DNA of 39,441 nt, taken from NCBI GenBank assembly GCA_043718245.1, contig JAYSWB010000042.1, positions 1-39,441 of the forward strand, written 5' to 3'. Below the pieces are notes generated by a model, which was given only the letters and a program-made list of their open reading frames with translations, searched no databases and was not told the DNA's origin. The position numbers and the translations under genes are program-made. This document shows positions 37,834 to 39,441 of the stretch, piece after piece. This stretch comes from a bacterium (GTDB lineage: Bacteria > Patescibacteriota > Minisyncoccia > Phycocordibacterales > CAIZLB01). How positions within the stretch are numbered: the first letter of the stretch is position 1; each line of letters begins with the position of its first letter.

Positions 37834-38430
37834 ATGAAAAAATCCCCCCTCACTATCGGCATAGACCTCGACGACGTGCTCCTCGACTTCAACACCTCAC
37901 TCTGTGAATATCACAACAGTACCTATGGCACTTCCTATAAACTGTCCGACATCGTCAACTACCACTTCGAACACGTCTGGAACATCCCAGCTGACATAGT
38001 CATCGACCGCATTGCCGACTTCTACCAACACGAACTACATTGGAATTCGAACCCTATCCCTGATGCTATTTCATCCATAAAAAAACTTCTCTCTCAAAAC
38101 CACCGCCTCGTTATAGTCACCGCCAAGCCTGATACCTTGAAAGATAAGACACACGAATGGCTTCAAAAGCACTATGGAGACGCCTTTCATTCGGTGCATT
38201 TTGTCGGGTCATATCACAGCAATATTAATGGTAAAAAGCGTACCAAGCGCGAAGTGTGTGATGAATTGGGAGTGCACATATTTATTGAGGATTCGATGGA
38301 AAATGCGATGAATATTGCGAGTGATGGGAGGCAGGTTTTTCTCTTGGACAAGCCGTGGAATCAAGGGGAATTGAGTGGGAATATTAAGAGGGTAAAGGGG
38401 TGGGAGGAGGTGATTGAAGTTTTGGGGTAG
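37834..38430 (+). CDS. HAD-superfamily 5'(3')-deoxyribonucleotidase-like hydrolase
   Basis: IGIDLDDVLLDF (DxDxV), VIVTAKP and FIEDS motifs. GC-richer than neighbouring genes. Confidence 0.7.
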   Translation: MKKSPLTIGIDLDDVLLDFNTSLCEYHNSTYGTSYKLSDIVNYHFEHVWNIPADIVIDRIADFYQHELHWNSNPIPDAISSIKKLLSQNHRLVIVTAKPDTLKDKTHEWLQKHYGDAFHSVHFVGSYHSNINGKKRTKREVCDELGVHIFIEDSMENAMNIASDGRQVFLLDKPWNQGELSGNIKRVKGWEEVIEVLG

Positions 38431-38502
38431 GGCCACCTTGAGATGCTAAATTGGATATCGCAAATTGTGACTTCCAATACTAGCTTAGAGGGTCTATGGA
38501 CA

Positions 38503-38533
38503 ATCTTGAGGTCACAAATTGTGACCTCAAGAT
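38503..38533. repeat. perfect 31-bp palindrome, copy 1
   Basis: ATCTTGAGGTCACAA-A-TTGTGACCTCAAGAT. Confidence 0.9.
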
Positions 38534-38564
38534 TTAAATTGTTGCAAAATAAGGCTATTTTGCC

Positions 38565-38593
38565 ATCTTGAGGTCACAAATTGTGACCTCAAG
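38565..38593. repeat. 29-bp identical copy 2 of the palindrome
   Basis: ATCTTGAGGTCACAAATTGTGACCTCAAG, 62 bp after copy 1. A degenerate right arm CAAATTGTGACTTCCAA lies at 38461-38477. Confidence 0.9.
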
Positions 38594-38744
38594 GTTAATT
38601 CAGGTTTTCTTTATGTAGGGACAAAAAATATAAATAAAGCGGTTAAACGAAATCCTGACAGATTCTCATGTGTATTCTGTCGTCAAACAATTGATTAATG
38701 AGCCGACAAAACCGAAAGAACCGATGGGTTTTAGAGTGAATAAC

Positions 38745-38777
38745 AAAAAATAAAAAACCGCACGAATTCTCGTACGG
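38745..38777 (-). terminator. intrinsic terminator of 38825..39214
   Basis: CCGCACGA / TCGTACGG stem (one mismatch), preceded on plus by A-runs (T-run on minus). Confidence 0.55.
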
Positions 38778-38824
38778 ACTAGACCTATTTGGAGCCGGTT
38801 TAATTGGGGCTTGTGAGTCGGGAA

Positions 38825-39214
38825 CTACTTCCGCTTTTGATTGAATAGCAAGATGCCCTGTTTTTTCCTCGGGAAGAGGATATTGATAGACATTGCTTTG
38901 CTCTCGATCATGCGGACTGCATAGTCCTCGACGATTTTTCCAAGTTTCTCCTTGTAATCCTTCTCGCTCACGATTCCGCTTGCCTTTGAAATGGCCTCGG
39001 TGATTTCCTTCTGCATGTTACTCATAGCATCCGCGTTCGCCTCTGGCAGGGCTGAAAAGACAATGCTCATGACGGGGAGTGCCGGCGGTACATCCCAAGG
39101 GTTGTACATGTGGATGGTCAGGTTCACCCGTTTGACCTCTGTCTCGATGCCTGCGTTCAAGGTGAGGGGGCAAAGGGCGATGAGGGCGATGATGAGGTAC
39201 TTGATGGTTTTCAT
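38825..39214 (-). CDS. secreted hypothetical protein
   Basis: 129-aa ORF with the signal peptide MKTIKYLIIALIALCPLTLNAG, in the GC-rich right flank. Confidence 0.6.
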   Translation of the reverse strand: MKTIKYLIIALIALCPLTLNAGIETEVKRVNLTIHMYNPWDVPPALPVMSIVFSALPEANADAMSNMQKEITEAISKASGIVSEKDYKEKLGKIVEDYAVRMIESKAMSINILFPRKKQGILLFNQKRK

Positions 39215-39441
39215 AGTGCTGAGTTTCTGTGTGGTTGTGGTGGTTGGTTTTAGCCGTAGTATCAGAAAGTAAACTTAAGTTACTCGCTGAATTCTACGGC
39301 CAACCAATGAAAAAATCTTTTAATAGAATACAATGTTTAAGTAATTCAGTCAAATAAATGTATCCGTCCACAACCTCTGGCACTCCACCCCTGTTAATTG
39401 ATTACAAATATACCTCAAAGGAGAGATCAGTCCAAGTGTCC

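Noticed and set aside
38503-38593. Two 29-bp repeats with a 33-nt spacer, read as a CRISPR mini-array.
   Set aside because: There are only two full copies. The repeat is a perfect end-to-end palindrome, which is atypical for CRISPR repeats. No cas genes or leader-like region occur in the window. It is kept only as a minor alternative in the finding.

Overview
This is an AT-rich bacterial chromosome segment, roughly one-third GC by eye. Its gene content and style (compact housekeeping genes, a minimal type IV pilus cluster, many promoters abutting start codons) suggest a Patescibacteria/CPR-like genome; that assignment is inference only.

Core block, 1.6-20.7 kb: UvrD-type helicase-nuclease fusion, MscS channel, DsbA-like protein, DEDD exonuclease, VanY peptidase, hisS, pilB/pilC plus three prepilin-type genes, a coiled-coil protein, gpmI, an orphan promoter-terminator RNA unit, eno, dus, a Ser/Tyr/Asn-rich secreted repeat protein, dnaX and tRNA-Gln(UUG).

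Accessory block, 20.7-38.6 kb:
- A single pyruvyl-transferase gene bracketed by a perfect 70-bp duplication of the tRNA-Gln.
- A large-serine-recombinase / PrimPol-helicase / XRE integrative element with a palindromic switch region.
- Membrane proteins, then a ClpP-like / APRT-like / HExxH cluster.
- A 500-bp non-coding gap with a GC-rich, structure-prone core.
- An SOS-boxed lexA-dinB cassette.
- hicBA inserted into a decayed histidine-phosphatase gene.
- A convergent type II R-M pair and a HAD nucleotidase.
- Two perfect 29-31 bp palindromic repeats.

Both window ends (1-1500 and about 38700-39441) are markedly GC-richer and use different expression signals. No rRNA, cas genes or reverse transcriptase were seen. 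All family calls come from motifs read by eye, and no searches were run.
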